Below, in pieces: positions 1-9,668 of a stretch of 64,000 nt of DNA. Both the position numbers and the translations under genes were made by a program. Location of the stretch: NCBI GenBank assembly GCA_049241705.1, contig JBMLQF010000196.1:17946-81945 (forward strand). The letters are read 5' to 3'. Below the pieces are notes generated by a model. The model was not told the origin of the DNA. It saw only the letters and a program-made list of their open reading frames with translations, and did not search any database. The stretch is from Fluviicola sp. GTDB taxonomy: Bacteria > Bacteroidota > Bacteroidia > Flavobacteriales_D > Crocinitomicaceae. Every line of letters begins with the position of its first letter. The stretch's first letter is position 1.

Positions 1-89
1 AGATCGCAGAAGAATTGGAGATATCAGTTGGTACTTCCAAGTCACAATTGAATTACGCACGTTCTGTTTTGAAACAAAAGTTGGCATGA
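1..89 (+). CDS. ECF RNA polymerase sigma factor, 3' fragment (region 4), truncated by the window edge
   Basis: Frame from position 3 reads IAEELEISVGTSKSQLNYARSVLKQKLA*, a typical sigma-70 region 4.2 HTH. Its TGA (87-89) overlaps the next ATG (86-88). Confidence 0.85.
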   Translation, partial: IAEELEISVGTSKSQLNYARSVLKQKLA

Positions 90-1321
90 GTGAAGATCTA
101 AAATACCGCGATTTTCTTCAGCAATCTATGAATGATTGGGATGCCGGCATGCCGCAAGATGGATGGGATAAATTGGAGTCTGATCTTCGTTTTGAACAGC
201 AATGGCAGCGACTTGATCAATCGTTGGACGAAGCGCAGGATGTGAATATAATGGCCGAATCATTCCAAGAATGGAGTGCTGGAAATCACATGGATGGATG
301 GTCAAGAATCGAAGAAGAACTTTCACGCGAACGTGTTTGGAACAAATTACATGTGTCACTTGATCATGTAGAGAACAACTCGATTCCTTGGTTGAAGTAT
401 ATCGCAAGTTGTGCTGCAGCTGTTTTGATCTCTTTCTTCTTGCCTGTTCAGGAATTAGACAACAAAGAGTCGCATTCAGCTAAAGTTGAAGTCCAGTTGG
501 TTAATGGTGATGTGAAACCGAATCATACAAATCTGGTTAATCAAGACCAAGTTATAACACAGCATCCGGCAAAAAGAGATTTTGTCAATCCATTACTTCC
601 AGTTGTTGCAAATGATATTAAGAATCAACAAAACAATAGTTTGTTGGCAGTGAATCATGCTGCTAATGCTCTGCATTTAGATGCACCACGTTCAATAGGG
701 AATCCTGAATTGCTAGATCCAAAAAATATTGCAGCGTTAAATTTGACGATACCTGCTGATCGTGATCCAATGTTGTTTCTGATAATGAAACCGAGTCCTT
801 ACCATGTGCGTGTAGGAACACAACTTGCCTTGCTCAACGAAAAAGAGGGATCGCCGTTCAATAATTTTTTCCCGCGTGCAGCGTGGACCTTTGACGTCGG
901 ATATACCAGACGAATTTCAGGTATTGAGCTGGGTGCAGCAATTGGACTGACACAATTTGCTCAGGAAAGCGGCAAGTATATAAACGGACGATATTTTAAT
1001 TCCTCTCAAAAATTAAACACCTTGCAGGTTAGTGCAACAGTTGGTAAAGATTTAGGTCGATGGACTGTTTACGGTGGTTTACAAGTAAATAAATTACTCT
1101 TTGGAATTGAGGAGCGATCTAATATGGTGACCAATATTTACAACTCCAATAAGTGGAACTTAGGTGCTACTGCCGGAGTAGATGTATTGTTGAATCAATT
1201 CAATAATGGTGATCATATTGATTTGGGCGTGCAATATCAATATATTCCTCAGGTAAGAAGTTCAAATGCCGTATTCAATGACGTGCAAGGACTCAAGTTT
1301 CAATTAAAATTAGCGTTTTAA
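86..1321 (+). CDS. Putative anti-sigma factor with C-terminal outer-membrane beta-barrel
   Basis: Coupled to the ECF gene. Trp-rich N-terminus, one TM segment (WLKYIASCAAAVLISFFL), polar linker, then alternating beta-strands ending in the OMP-type C-terminus QLKLAF. Confidence 0.65.
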   Translation: MSEDLKYRDFLQQSMNDWDAGMPQDGWDKLESDLRFEQQWQRLDQSLDEAQDVNIMAESFQEWSAGNHMDGWSRIEEELSRERVWNKLHVSLDHVENNSIPWLKYIASCAAAVLISFFLPVQELDNKESHSAKVEVQLVNGDVKPNHTNLVNQDQVITQHPAKRDFVNPLLPVVANDIKNQQNNSLLAVNHAANALHLDAPRSIGNPELLDPKNIAALNLTIPADRDPMLFLIMKPSPYHVRVGTQLALLNEKEGSPFNNFFPRAAWTFDVGYTRRISGIELGAAIGLTQFAQESGKYINGRYFNSSQKLNTLQVSATVGKDLGRWTVYGGLQVNKLLFGIEERSNMVTNIYNSNKWNLGATAGVDVLLNQFNNGDHIDLGVQYQYIPQVRSSNAVFNDVQGLKFQLKLAF

Positions 1322-1446
1322 TCCAACCTTTAGAAAAGTAGTGCATCAATAAACTGTAAAAGAACTTGACTGGAAAATGCGTTGTTCTCTCCTCCATTGA
1401 ATTAGCAATGAAAGCAACGTTCCGGAATGTGGTTTGAACTGTAAAG

Positions 1447-1469
1447 AAAGAGGTTTCGGCCTCTTTTTT
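1447..1469 (+). terminator. Intrinsic terminator
   Basis: AAAGAGGT-TTCG-GCCTCTTT followed by a T run. Confidence 0.75.
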
Positions 1470-1487
1470 GTATTTTCGCGGTGGTTT

Positions 1488-1922
1488 ATGAAGGGTATGT
1501 TGAGAATTTGTGTTGTGGTATTCGTTTCATTTTTGCTTCTTGCAAGTTGTAGTAAACGAAAAATAAAGAAAGTTGAGAACTCTCTTATCGAAGGTAATTG
1601 GAAAGTGCAAAGCTATTTGGATGATAATGAAGATAAGACTTCTGATTTTAACGGAATTGTCTTCACATTCAAAGCAGATGGTGTAGTTTCTTTAACCGGT
1701 TCAGTTTCGGTAAATGGGACTTGGGATGTGTCTAAAGAGAATGATGGAAATGATGATGATCTATTTGATAAAGATCACCTTGAGTTAATCTTGAATATTC
1801 CATACCCTTATGATTTTATTTCCGAAGATTGGGAAATCGAAAATCACAGTGATTCCCAGATCGAATTGAAAGATTTTAGCGGGGATGGTTCAGAAGAAAC
1901 CCTGATCTTTATAAAAAATTAA
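1488..1922 (+). CDS. Lipoprotein, lipocalin-like beta-barrel
   Basis: Lipobox LASC after a hydrophobic stretch; GNWKV and GTWDV motifs. Start placed at ATG 1488 because the longer ORF runs through the terminator. Confidence 0.7.
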   Translation: MKGMLRICVVVFVSFLLLASCSKRKIKKVENSLIEGNWKVQSYLDDNEDKTSDFNGIVFTFKADGVVSLTGSVSVNGTWDVSKENDGNDDDLFDKDHLELILNIPYPYDFISEDWEIENHSDSQIELKDFSGDGSEETLIFIKN

Positions 1923-1943
1923 AGGAGCTAAGCTCCTTTTTTT
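1921..1943. terminator. Bidirectional terminator overlapping the tlyA stop codon
   Basis: AAAGGAGC-TAA-GCTCCTTT inverted repeat with T tracts on both strands, between convergent genes. Confidence 0.65.
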
Positions 1944-2665
1944 ATGGCGTAAAGCAAGAATTCCTTATTTCCATCACCACCCGTAATGGGAGAGTCAATG
2001 ATTCCTTGGATAGCAAATTGAGAGTGTTTGGCTGCTTGTTCGATTTTATCCAACACGGCTGGATAAGATGAAGCGCTTTTTACAATACCATGTTTGTTCA
2101 GCAGTTTTTTATCCAATTCGAATTGCGGCTTGATCAGTGCAATCAAAACACCATCATCCTTTAAAAAGGGTACCACAAAAGGAAGGACTTTTTCAAGTGA
2201 AATAAACGACACGTCTATGACGACCCCATCTACTTTTTCAGGAACTTGATGCATGGTCAATTCGCGGATATGGGTGCGTTCTAAATTCACAATCTTCGGT
2301 GATTCAGCAATGCGTTCATGCAATTGACCATGACCAACATCTACGCAGTATACCTTTGCAGCGCCATGATTCAGAAGAACTTCTGTGAAGCCACCTGTTG
2401 AGGCGCCGATATCAATGAAATGCTGATCAGCAACTGGAATTTGAAAATGATCGAGAGCTTTCAATAACTTTAATGCGCCTCGAGAAACCCAAGTAAGTTC
2501 TTCGTTCAACAAAATGATGGAAGCATCAACCGGAATTTTCTTTCCGGGCTTGTCTAGTGTTATTCCATTTACAAGCACATCCCCGTTCTTGATCAACTCC
2601 TCACCCCGAGTGCGAGAAGTAACCAAACCTCTTTCAACGAGTAGTTTATCCAGTCTTTCCTCCAT
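1928..2665 (-). CDS. tlyA: TlyA-family rRNA 2'-O-methyltransferase
   Basis: N-terminal S4 domain (RLDKLLVERGL), VSRGALKL, DIGASTGGFT SAM motif, DVSFIS, LIKPQFE, GGDGNKEFL. Confidence 0.92.
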   Translation of the reverse strand: MEERLDKLLVERGLVTSRTRGEELIKNGDVLVNGITLDKPGKKIPVDASIILLNEELTWVSRGALKLLKALDHFQIPVADQHFIDIGASTGGFTEVLLNHGAAKVYCVDVGHGQLHERIAESPKIVNLERTHIRELTMHQVPEKVDGVVIDVSFISLEKVLPFVVPFLKDDGVLIALIKPQFELDKKLLNKHGIVKSASSYPAVLDKIEQAAKHSQFAIQGIIDSPITGGDGNKEFLLYAIKKGA

Positions 2666-2667
2666 GC

Positions 2668-3933
2668 TTAAGCGATCACCCAACCAAATCTTTTTGCTAT
2701 TTCTTGATGGATATGATCTAAAACTGCTTCGTTCTCTATTTTCTCCAAAACATCTCCTATAAATGCTCCTACCATCAATTGTCTGGCTGCTTTTTCTCCA
2801 ATCCCGCGAGCACGGAGGTAGAAAACCGCTTCTTCATCCAATTGTCCGGTTGTGGAACCATGCGAACATTTCACATCGTCAGCATAGATTTCTAGCTCAG
2901 GCTTGCTGTTAACAGTTGCGTCATCACTCATCAATACATTGCCATTAGACTGGAAGGCATTGATTTTTTGAGCATTCGGGCGTACGAACACTTTTCCGTT
3001 GAACACAGCTGTTGCTTTACCATCGATCACACCTTTGTACAATTCGTTGGATTCGCAATGTGCCACCAAATGGTCAACGGTGGTGTGATTATCAACGTGC
3101 TGGGAATCGCGCAATATATAAGCGCCATTCAAATTTGTGTTGCAATTACTGCCGGCAACAGCGATCACAAGATCGTTACGCACCAAACCGCCATCTAGTG
3201 TGATCGTATTGATTGTGAAGGTACTGTCTGCATCTTGTTCTACATTTTCTCCAACAATTGCAAAGGAACTCGCGTCCTCTTCCTGTACTTTATCGATAGT
3301 CAGGTGTGCATTTTTACCTACGCGGATGGTCGAGATCGCATTTGTAAAACACGCTTTTGCATCCACAGATAAAAAATGTTGCACCACGTGCGCCTTTGAA
3401 AAAGCCTCTGCAGCAATCACATGGCGTAAATGCCCCACAACTTGATCACCTGTCTGAATGTGAATGATCTCGATCGATTGGGCTACTTGTACCTTAGCAG
3501 AAACATGGACATACAAACCGTCTGTTGCATACGCCGTGTTAAAGGCATGAAAAACAGATTTGAATGACTCTTCACCCATCCCGATCACTTGCTGTTCTGC
3601 ATGATCCATGGTAGACAATGCTTGGATCTTTGTGCCTTCGGGGTAGATCGATGCACTTAATTCCGGTGCAAATCGACCATTTACAAAGACGAACTTAAGC
3701 GACGACTGAGAGAGACCAAAATCTCCTGAAACTGCTTGTGTAGAAGAATCTGTGAACACAGCATTCTTTATCTTAGCAACTCGCGTATATTTCCAAGCCT
3801 CTGTTCGTGTAGTAGGGAAATCGGTGTTTTCCAGAAAATCGAGTGCACGATGACGTGAATCTTGATTTAATAAGAAATTTCCTTTGAGTTCCCAGTTCAC
3901 TTGAGACGCTGATTGACGATCCAATACCTCCAT
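2668..3933 (-). CDS. sufD: Fe-S cluster assembly protein SufD
   Basis: FPTTRTEAWKYT, KPELEIYADDVKCSHGST, FYLRARGI; follows sufBC. Confidence 0.95.
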   Translation of the reverse strand: MEVLDRQSASQVNWELKGNFLLNQDSRHRALDFLENTDFPTTRTEAWKYTRVAKIKNAVFTDSSTQAVSGDFGLSQSSLKFVFVNGRFAPELSASIYPEGTKIQALSTMDHAEQQVIGMGEESFKSVFHAFNTAYATDGLYVHVSAKVQVAQSIEIIHIQTGDQVVGHLRHVIAAEAFSKAHVVQHFLSVDAKACFTNAISTIRVGKNAHLTIDKVQEEDASSFAIVGENVEQDADSTFTINTITLDGGLVRNDLVIAVAGSNCNTNLNGAYILRDSQHVDNHTTVDHLVAHCESNELYKGVIDGKATAVFNGKVFVRPNAQKINAFQSNGNVLMSDDATVNSKPELEIYADDVKCSHGSTTGQLDEEAVFYLRARGIGEKAARQLMVGAFIGDVLEKIENEAVLDHIHQEIAKRFGWVIA

Positions 3934-3947
3934 GATGCTACAATTAA

Positions 3948-4697
3948 TTAAGCAAATTCTGCTTTGATCCAGTCGTATCCTTTTTCTTCAAGCTCAAGAG
4001 CCAATTCTTTCGGACCGGATTTAACGATCTGTCCGTTGTACAGTACATGTACAAAATCTGGAACGATGTAGTCTAACAAGCGCTGATAATGGGTGATCAC
4101 GATCGTAGCGTTGTTCGGTGATTTCAATTTGTTCACGCCATTGGCAACAATGCGCAGCGCATCGATGTCCAACCCAGAGTCAGTTTCATCCAATATTGCC
4201 AATTTTGGTTCAAGCATAGCCATTTGGAAGATTTCATTTCTTTTTTTCTCTCCTCCTGAAAACCCTTCGTTCACAGAGCGTGAAGCCAGTTTCGCATCCA
4301 ATTCTACGATGGTCGATTTTTCACGAACTAATGCCATGAAATCTTTTGCGGAGATTTGCTCTTCTCCGCGGTACTCACGAATTTCATTCAGTGCTGTTCG
4401 CAAAAAATTGATGTTTGAAACTCCGGGAATTTCCACTGGATATTGAAATGCAAGGAACAATCCTTCGCGTGCTCGGTCCTCTGTTGCCAATTCTAATAAA
4501 TCCTTGGAGTCGAAAGTGACTGAACCATCTGTGATTTCGTATTCCTCACGTCCTGCAAGAACACTGGCTAGAGTACTTTTTCCGGCACCATTCGGTCCCA
4601 TGATCGCGTGAACCTCTCCTGGTTTAACTTCAAGATTTAATCCTTTTAAGATTTCTTTGCCATCGATTGAGGCGTGCAAATTCTTTATTGATAACAT
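3948..4697 (-). CDS. sufC: Fe-S cluster assembly ATPase SufC
   Basis: GPNGAGKST Walker A, RSVNEGFSGGEKKRNE, LDETDSGLDIDAL. Confidence 0.97.
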   Translation of the reverse strand: MLSIKNLHASIDGKEILKGLNLEVKPGEVHAIMGPNGAGKSTLASVLAGREEYEITDGSVTFDSKDLLELATEDRAREGLFLAFQYPVEIPGVSNINFLRTALNEIREYRGEEQISAKDFMALVREKSTIVELDAKLASRSVNEGFSGGEKKRNEIFQMAMLEPKLAILDETDSGLDIDALRIVANGVNKLKSPNNATIVITHYQRLLDYIVPDFVHVLYNGQIVKSGPKELALELEEKGYDWIKAEFA

Positions 4698-4718
4698 ATC
4701 GTTTTCTTTCTAATTCGT

Positions 4719-6164
4719 TTAACCAACCGATCCTTCTAAACTGATCGTCAATAATTTTTGTGCTTCAACTGCAAATTCCATCGGAAGCTGATTCAACACT
4801 TCTTTGCAATATCCATTCACGATCAAACTGATCGCTTTTTCCTCAGAAATTCCACGTTGTAAGCAGTAAAAGATCTGATCTTCTCCAATTTTTGAAGTAG
4901 TGGCCTCATGCTCGATCTTAGCAGATGGATTTTTACATTCAATGTACGGGAAGGTATGTGCACCACATTCGTCAGTCATCAACAAAGAATCACATTGCGA
5001 GAAGTTACGTGCGTGGTGTGCATTTTTGTGAATTTGAACCAATCCTCGGTACGAGTTGTGCGATCTACCTGCAGAAATACCTTTGGAAATGATCGTGCTC
5101 TTCGTGTTTTTACCCAAGTGGATCATCTTCGTTCCTGTATCCGCTTGCTGGTAGTTATTCGTAACAGCAACAGAATAGAACTCACCAATGGAATTATCGC
5201 CTTTCAATACGCAAGAAGGATATTTCCAGGTAACGGCTGAACCGGTTTCCACTTGCGTCCAGGAGATCTTAGCATTCGTTTCGCACAACCCACGTTTTGT
5301 AACAAAGTTGAATACACCACCATCTCCATTTTTGTCTCCTGGATACCAGTTCTGAACAGTTGAATATTTGATCTCTGCGTCGCGCAATGCGATCAACTCA
5401 ACTACCGCAGCATGCAATTGATTCTCATCGCGTTGAGGTGCTGTACATCCTTCCAGATAAGAAACATAGGAGCCTTCGTCGGCAACAACTAGGGTGCGTT
5501 CAAATTGTCCAGTATTGGCTTCGTTGATTCGGAAGTATGTAGATAGTTCCATCGGACATCGGACGCCTTTTGGAATGTAACAGAATGAACCATCAGTGAA
5601 AACTGCTCCGTTCAAAGCTGCGTAGAAATTGTCTGTGTTTGGCACCACTGTTCCCATATACTTGCGCACAAGTTCCGGGTACTCTTGAACAGCTTCACTA
5701 AAAGAACAGAATATGATCCCTAATTCTTTTAACTTTTCTTTGAAGCTAGTTGCAACAGAAACTGAATCCATAACGAAGTCTACTGCGACGCCTGTAAGAC
5801 GTTGTTGTTCTTCCATGGAGATTCCAAGTTTGGCCATGGTTTCTTTCAACTCTGGATCTACATCATCCCAACTCTCGTATTTTTTCGTCTGTTTCGGTGC
5901 AGCGTAGTATGAAATCGCCTGAAAATCGGGTTTCTTATACTTGACATGAGCCCATTCAGGTTCTGTCATGGCTGTCCATATGGCGTAGCTTTTCAAACGG
6001 TATTCCAATAACCATTCCGGTTCGTTCTTCTTTGCAGAAATGAAACGGATGATCTCTTCGTTCAAACCTGCCGGAGCTCTATCTGATTCAATATTCGTAG
6101 TGAACCCAAATTTGTACTCCGAGTTCTCGAGGTCTTTTGCTAGATCATTTTCTGTATATCCCAT
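4719..6164 (-). CDS. sufB: Fe-S cluster assembly protein SufB
   Basis: [46 protein letters not shown]. Confidence 0.97.
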   Translation of the reverse strand: MGYTENDLAKDLENSEYKFGFTTNIESDRAPAGLNEEIIRFISAKKNEPEWLLEYRLKSYAIWTAMTEPEWAHVKYKKPDFQAISYYAAPKQTKKYESWDDVDPELKETMAKLGISMEEQQRLTGVAVDFVMDSVSVATSFKEKLKELGIIFCSFSEAVQEYPELVRKYMGTVVPNTDNFYAALNGAVFTDGSFCYIPKGVRCPMELSTYFRINEANTGQFERTLVVADEGSYVSYLEGCTAPQRDENQLHAAVVELIALRDAEIKYSTVQNWYPGDKNGDGGVFNFVTKRGLCETNAKISWTQVETGSAVTWKYPSCVLKGDNSIGEFYSVAVTNNYQQADTGTKMIHLGKNTKSTIISKGISAGRSHNSYRGLVQIHKNAHHARNFSQCDSLLMTDECGAHTFPYIECKNPSAKIEHEATTSKIGEDQIFYCLQRGISEEKAISLIVNGYCKEVLNQLPMEFAVEAQKLLTISLEGSVG

Positions 6165-6182
6165 AAGAATAACGTTATTGGA

Positions 6183-6506
6183 TTAAAGTGAAAAAGATTC
6201 ACCACAACCACATGTTCGGCCTGCATTCGGATTGGAGAAAATGAATCCTTTTCCATTCAAACCTCCCGAGAAATCAAGGGTTGTCCCAATCAAATACAAG
6301 TAACTTTTTTTATCGACAACAACTTTGATCCCGTTGTTTTCAAATGTCTTATCGTCCGGACCTTCTTGATTATCGAAAGTAAGCTGGTACATCAATCCGG
6401 AACATCCGCCACCTTGAACCCCAACACGAATAAAGAATCCTTCTTTTCCATCGTCTTCCATTAATCGAAGTGCCTGTTTTTTAGCACTATCAGTAACTGT
6501 TATCAT
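6183..6506 (-). CDS. sufA: HesB/IscA-family A-type Fe-S carrier
   Basis: GGGCSG and TCGCGESF motifs; first gene of the suf operon. Confidence 0.92.
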   Translation of the reverse strand: MITVTDSAKKQALRLMEDDGKEGFFIRVGVQGGGCSGLMYQLTFDNQEGPDDKTFENNGIKVVVDKKSYLYLIGTTLDFSGGLNGKGFIFSNPNAGRTCGCGESFSL

Positions 6507-6521
6507 AAGAACAGGTTTTTC

Positions 6522-6546
6522 TTTATTTAGATTAATTATAAATAAA
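6522..6546. promoter_or_regulatory. Palindromic operator (candidate iron/Fur-type box) in the suf leader
   Basis: TTTATTTA-GATTAATTA-TAAATAAA inverted repeat between the suf promoter and the sufA start. Confidence 0.55.
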
Positions 6547-6561
6547 GTCTAAAGTTGATGA

Positions 6562-6569
6562 CAAAAATA
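6562..6569 (-). promoter_or_regulatory. Bacteroidota -7 promoter element for the suf operon
   Basis: TATTTTTG on the minus strand matches TAnnTTTG. Confidence 0.55.
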
Positions 6570-6723
6570 CCGTTTTTATGGTATTGAACAAATAAAAACG
6601 GTGAAAGTTTCTTAAAGTAATTTTAGGATTACGGAGATGGTGCAAATTTTCAATTCCATGCAACGTTTCAATATTTTTTTGCGTTCTTTGTGTGGCTATT
6701 AAACGACAACATTGTCTACTACT

Positions 6724-9579
6724 ATGAAAAAATCACTTATGACCATCTTACTGGCTCTTAATGTCAGTTTTCTATTTGCTCAGTTTCCGGGATGTCCTGC
6801 GGTAGATGCAGGTGTTGATCAGACATTAAACTGTTCTACTCCTTGTGCCACATTAACAGCAGCACCATTCAATGCAGGAGCAACCACTTCCTATTCAGTA
6901 AGTTCAATTCCGCATACTCCGCCTATTGCTTACAATGCACCAGGTGGAACAGGTGTTTCTGTAGGAACGGATGATGTTTGGAGTCCGCAAATTGCCTTAC
7001 CATTTACTTTCTGTTATTACGGTCAATCTTATACCACGTGTAAAATCGGTTCGAACGGGTCTATTAAATTCGGAACTTACGCACCAACGTCTCAACCTTG
7101 GTCGTTTACGGCGTCTTGCCCCTCTACGAACTTAACGACAGCTGGGGATGTTTTTGGTGTTTATCATGACATTGATCCTTCTTATGGAGGGAGTGTGAAT
7201 TGGTATGTTGTGGGAACTGCTCCTTGTCGAATATTTGTTGTTTCGTACAACAATCTACCTCACTTTTCTTCGTCTTGTAATGGGAGTGTTTTTTCTACAT
7301 TCATGATGGTTTTGTACGAGACAACTAACGTGATTGATGTTTACGTTAATAATAAAGGCTTGTGCGGCTCATGGAATGGCGGTAGAGCCATTATCGGAAT
7401 TCAGAATCCTGCGGGTACACAAGGAATTGCTGCGCCTAATAGAAACTCAACACCTACATGGACTGTGAATACACCTGAGGCTTGGCGATTTACTCCGTCA
7501 GGAGCGCCGATCTACACGGTTGAGTGGTTCGATGGTGCAACTTCGCTTGGCACTGGAAACACCGTCAATGTTTGTCCAACGGCAACAACCACATATGAGG
7601 CAGTAGCGACTTACACTGCTTGTAATGGAACGATTGTAACTGCGAATGATTTTGTGACAGTTACACCAAGTGCTGCTGCTCCAAGTGGAACTGAGATCAA
7701 CAACGCTCCTACCAGTTGTACCGGAAATACCGGATCAACAGAAGTTCAAGGAAGCGGTGGTGCCGGTGGATACACCTATTCCATTGATGGTGGGCCATTT
7801 CAATCAAGTGGGATTTTCACCGGTTTGGCCCAAGGACCGCATACAGTTACCGTTGAAGACGCGAATGGTTGTCAAGGATCGGTCAATATTACCATTAATC
7901 AAGCGGCTGGTGTGACACTAAACGTCAATAATTCAGATGACCCTAGCTGTAACGGGGTGCAAGATGGAGTTATCAATACCAGTGCAACTGGAGGAACGCC
8001 TGGTTATACGTTTACCTTGAATGGCGGTGCGGGTCAATCAACTGGCGATTTTACGAACCTTCCTGGAGGTTCATATACCATATTAGTAACAGATCAAGGA
8101 GGATGTACAGATTCTCAAACGATCACACTAACGGATCCTGCGGCGATCACGTTTACATTGAATAACACGACTCCAGCTACTTGTGTGGCTGCAGACGGAA
8201 GCGTTATTGTCAACGCTGCAACTGGCGGAACAGGAGCTTTCCAGTATTCTATCGACAACGGCTTGAATATGCAATTGGGTACCACGTTTAATGGGTTGAC
8301 AGCTGGTTCATACACTGTAATCGCTGAAGACGCCAATGGTTGTCAAGCTACTGTTCCAGCGATAGTAACTAGTGTGAACACACTCGTTGGTACTTTGAAT
8401 AACCAAACCGCCGTTTTATGTAACGGTGGAAGTACTGGTACAGCAACCATTTCAGGAAGCGGTACGATCGCCCCATATGTTTTTGCTATTGATAACGGAA
8501 CACCGCAGCCAACTGGAAACTTTACCGGACTATCGGCTGGTTTGCACGAAGTAGTAGTAGCTGATCAAAATGGATGTACGGATACGGTTTCATTTACGAT
8601 CACTCAACCACAACCAATAGTTGTTACAACAAGCAACACCGCAAGTATGTGTTTGAATACCTCAACATCTATTAGCGCCTCTGCTTCAGGTGGAACGGGG
8701 CCGATCGACCTGGCTTGGAACAACGGAGCAGGTACAGGTTCACCGGTGACTGTTTCACCGACCACTCCTACAACTTATACAGTAACGGCTTCAGATGATA
8801 ACGGATGTACAGCAACTGGGCAAGTTATTGTCACAGTGAATCCATTACCAACGATAAATGCCGGATCGGATCAAACGATCTGTGTAGGAATGACTGCCAC
8901 ACTTTCTGGTGCTGGGGGTGTTAGTTATACTTGGGATAATGGTGTAACCAACGGAACCCCATTCACACCTGCACAAGGAACTGTTACTTATACAGTGACT
9001 GGAACAGATGCCAATGGATGTGTGAATACAGATGTGGTTACGGTAACCGTATTGCCAGTGCCTGTTGCTGGTGTTTCATCGAATGATCCGCTGTCAGGTT
9101 ATCCAGGACTTGTTGTAAACTTTACCAACGATTCTCAGTTCGGTACTCAATATGATATTGATTTTGATAATGGTGATTCCGATGCATCCACAAATGTAGC
9201 GACGGTCTTTACTACTACCTTCGGATCCCCTGGTACTTACGAGGTGATATTGACCGCTTCAAATGGGATCTGCGAGGATACGGCAAGTTTAACAGTAGTG
9301 GTTATTCCATTTGAACCTGTGGTGATCCATGTTCCAAATATTTTTACTCCAAACGGAGATAATGTAAATGATGAATTTTACATCGATGTTGAAAATGGTG
9401 TTTCGATCAACGTGATCATCTTGAATCGTTGGGGTAATCTAATGGTTGAGCTAACAGATTTCACACAAAAATGGGACGGAGATGGAGCCGCAGAAGGTAC
9501 TTATTTTGTGCAGTACACGGTTGTCGGAAAAGATGGTACCACCACAACTGGACAAGGAATGGTGGAATTAGCTAAGTAA
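6724..9579 (+). CDS. Large surface protein with SprB-like repeats, PKD domain and T9SS type B (gliding-motility-associated) C-terminal domain
   Basis: Signal peptide ending FA|Q; repeated GGTxxYTYSI...VxDANGC units; VPNIFTPNGDNVNDEF and IILNRWG C-terminal motifs. Confidence 0.85.
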   Translation: MKKSLMTILLALNVSFLFAQFPGCPAVDAGVDQTLNCSTPCATLTAAPFNAGATTSYSVSSIPHTPPIAYNAPGGTGVSVGTDDVWSPQIALPFTFCYYGQSYTTCKIGSNGSIKFGTYAPTSQPWSFTASCPSTNLTTAGDVFGVYHDIDPSYGGSVNWYVVGTAPCRIFVVSYNNLPHFSSSCNGSVFSTFMMVLYETTNVIDVYVNNKGLCGSWNGGRAIIGIQNPAGTQGIAAPNRNSTPTWTVNTPEAWRFTPSGAPIYTVEWFDGATSLGTGNTVNVCPTATTTYEAVATYTACNGTIVTANDFVTVTPSAAAPSGTEINNAPTSCTGNTGSTEVQGSGGAGGYTYSIDGGPFQSSGIFTGLAQGPHTVTVEDANGCQGSVNITINQAAGVTLNVNNSDDPSCNGVQDGVINTSATGGTPGYTFTLNGGAGQSTGDFTNLPGGSYTILVTDQGGCTDSQTITLTDPAAITFTLNNTTPATCVAADGSVIVNAATGGTGAFQYSIDNGLNMQLGTTFNGLTAGSYTVIAEDANGCQATVPAIVTSVNTLVGTLNNQTAVLCNGGSTGTATISGSGTIAPYVFAIDNGTPQPTGNFTGLSAGLHEVVVADQNGCTDTVSFTITQPQPIVVTTSNTASMCLNTSTSISASASGGTGPIDLAWNNGAGTGSPVTVSPTTPTTYTVTASDDNGCTATGQVIVTVNPLPTINAGSDQTICVGMTATLSGAGGVSYTWDNGVTNGTPFTPAQGTVTYTVTGTDANGCVNTDVVTVTVLPVPVAGVSSNDPLSGYPGLVVNFTNDSQFGTQYDIDFDNGDSDASTNVATVFTTTFGSPGTYEVILTASNGICEDTASLTVVVIPFEPVVIHVPNIFTPNGDNVNDEFYIDVENGVSINVIILNRWGNLMVELTDFTQKWDGDGAAEGTYFVQYTVVGKDGTTTTGQGMVELAK

Positions 9580-9621
9580 GCGCCATCTTTCTTTTACACG
9601 AAGCTTATTTTTATAATTCGG

Positions 9622-9651
9622 AAAAAGAGGTTGCTTATGCGACCTCTTTTT
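9622..9651 (+). terminator. Intrinsic terminator
   Basis: AAAAAGAGGTTGC-TTAT-GCGACCTCTTTTT. Confidence 0.8.
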
Positions 9652-9656
9652 GTTTG

Positions 9657-9664
9657 TACATTTG
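9657..9664 (+). promoter_or_regulatory. -7 promoter element for ribF (near-leaderless mRNA)
   Basis: TACATTTG ends 4 nt before ATG 9669. Confidence 0.6.
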
Positions 9665-9668
9665 CCAC

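Noticed and set aside
1928-2665. TlyA as evidence of a hemolysin or virulence locus
   Set aside because: Motifs indicate the widespread rRNA methyltransferase; no toxin context.
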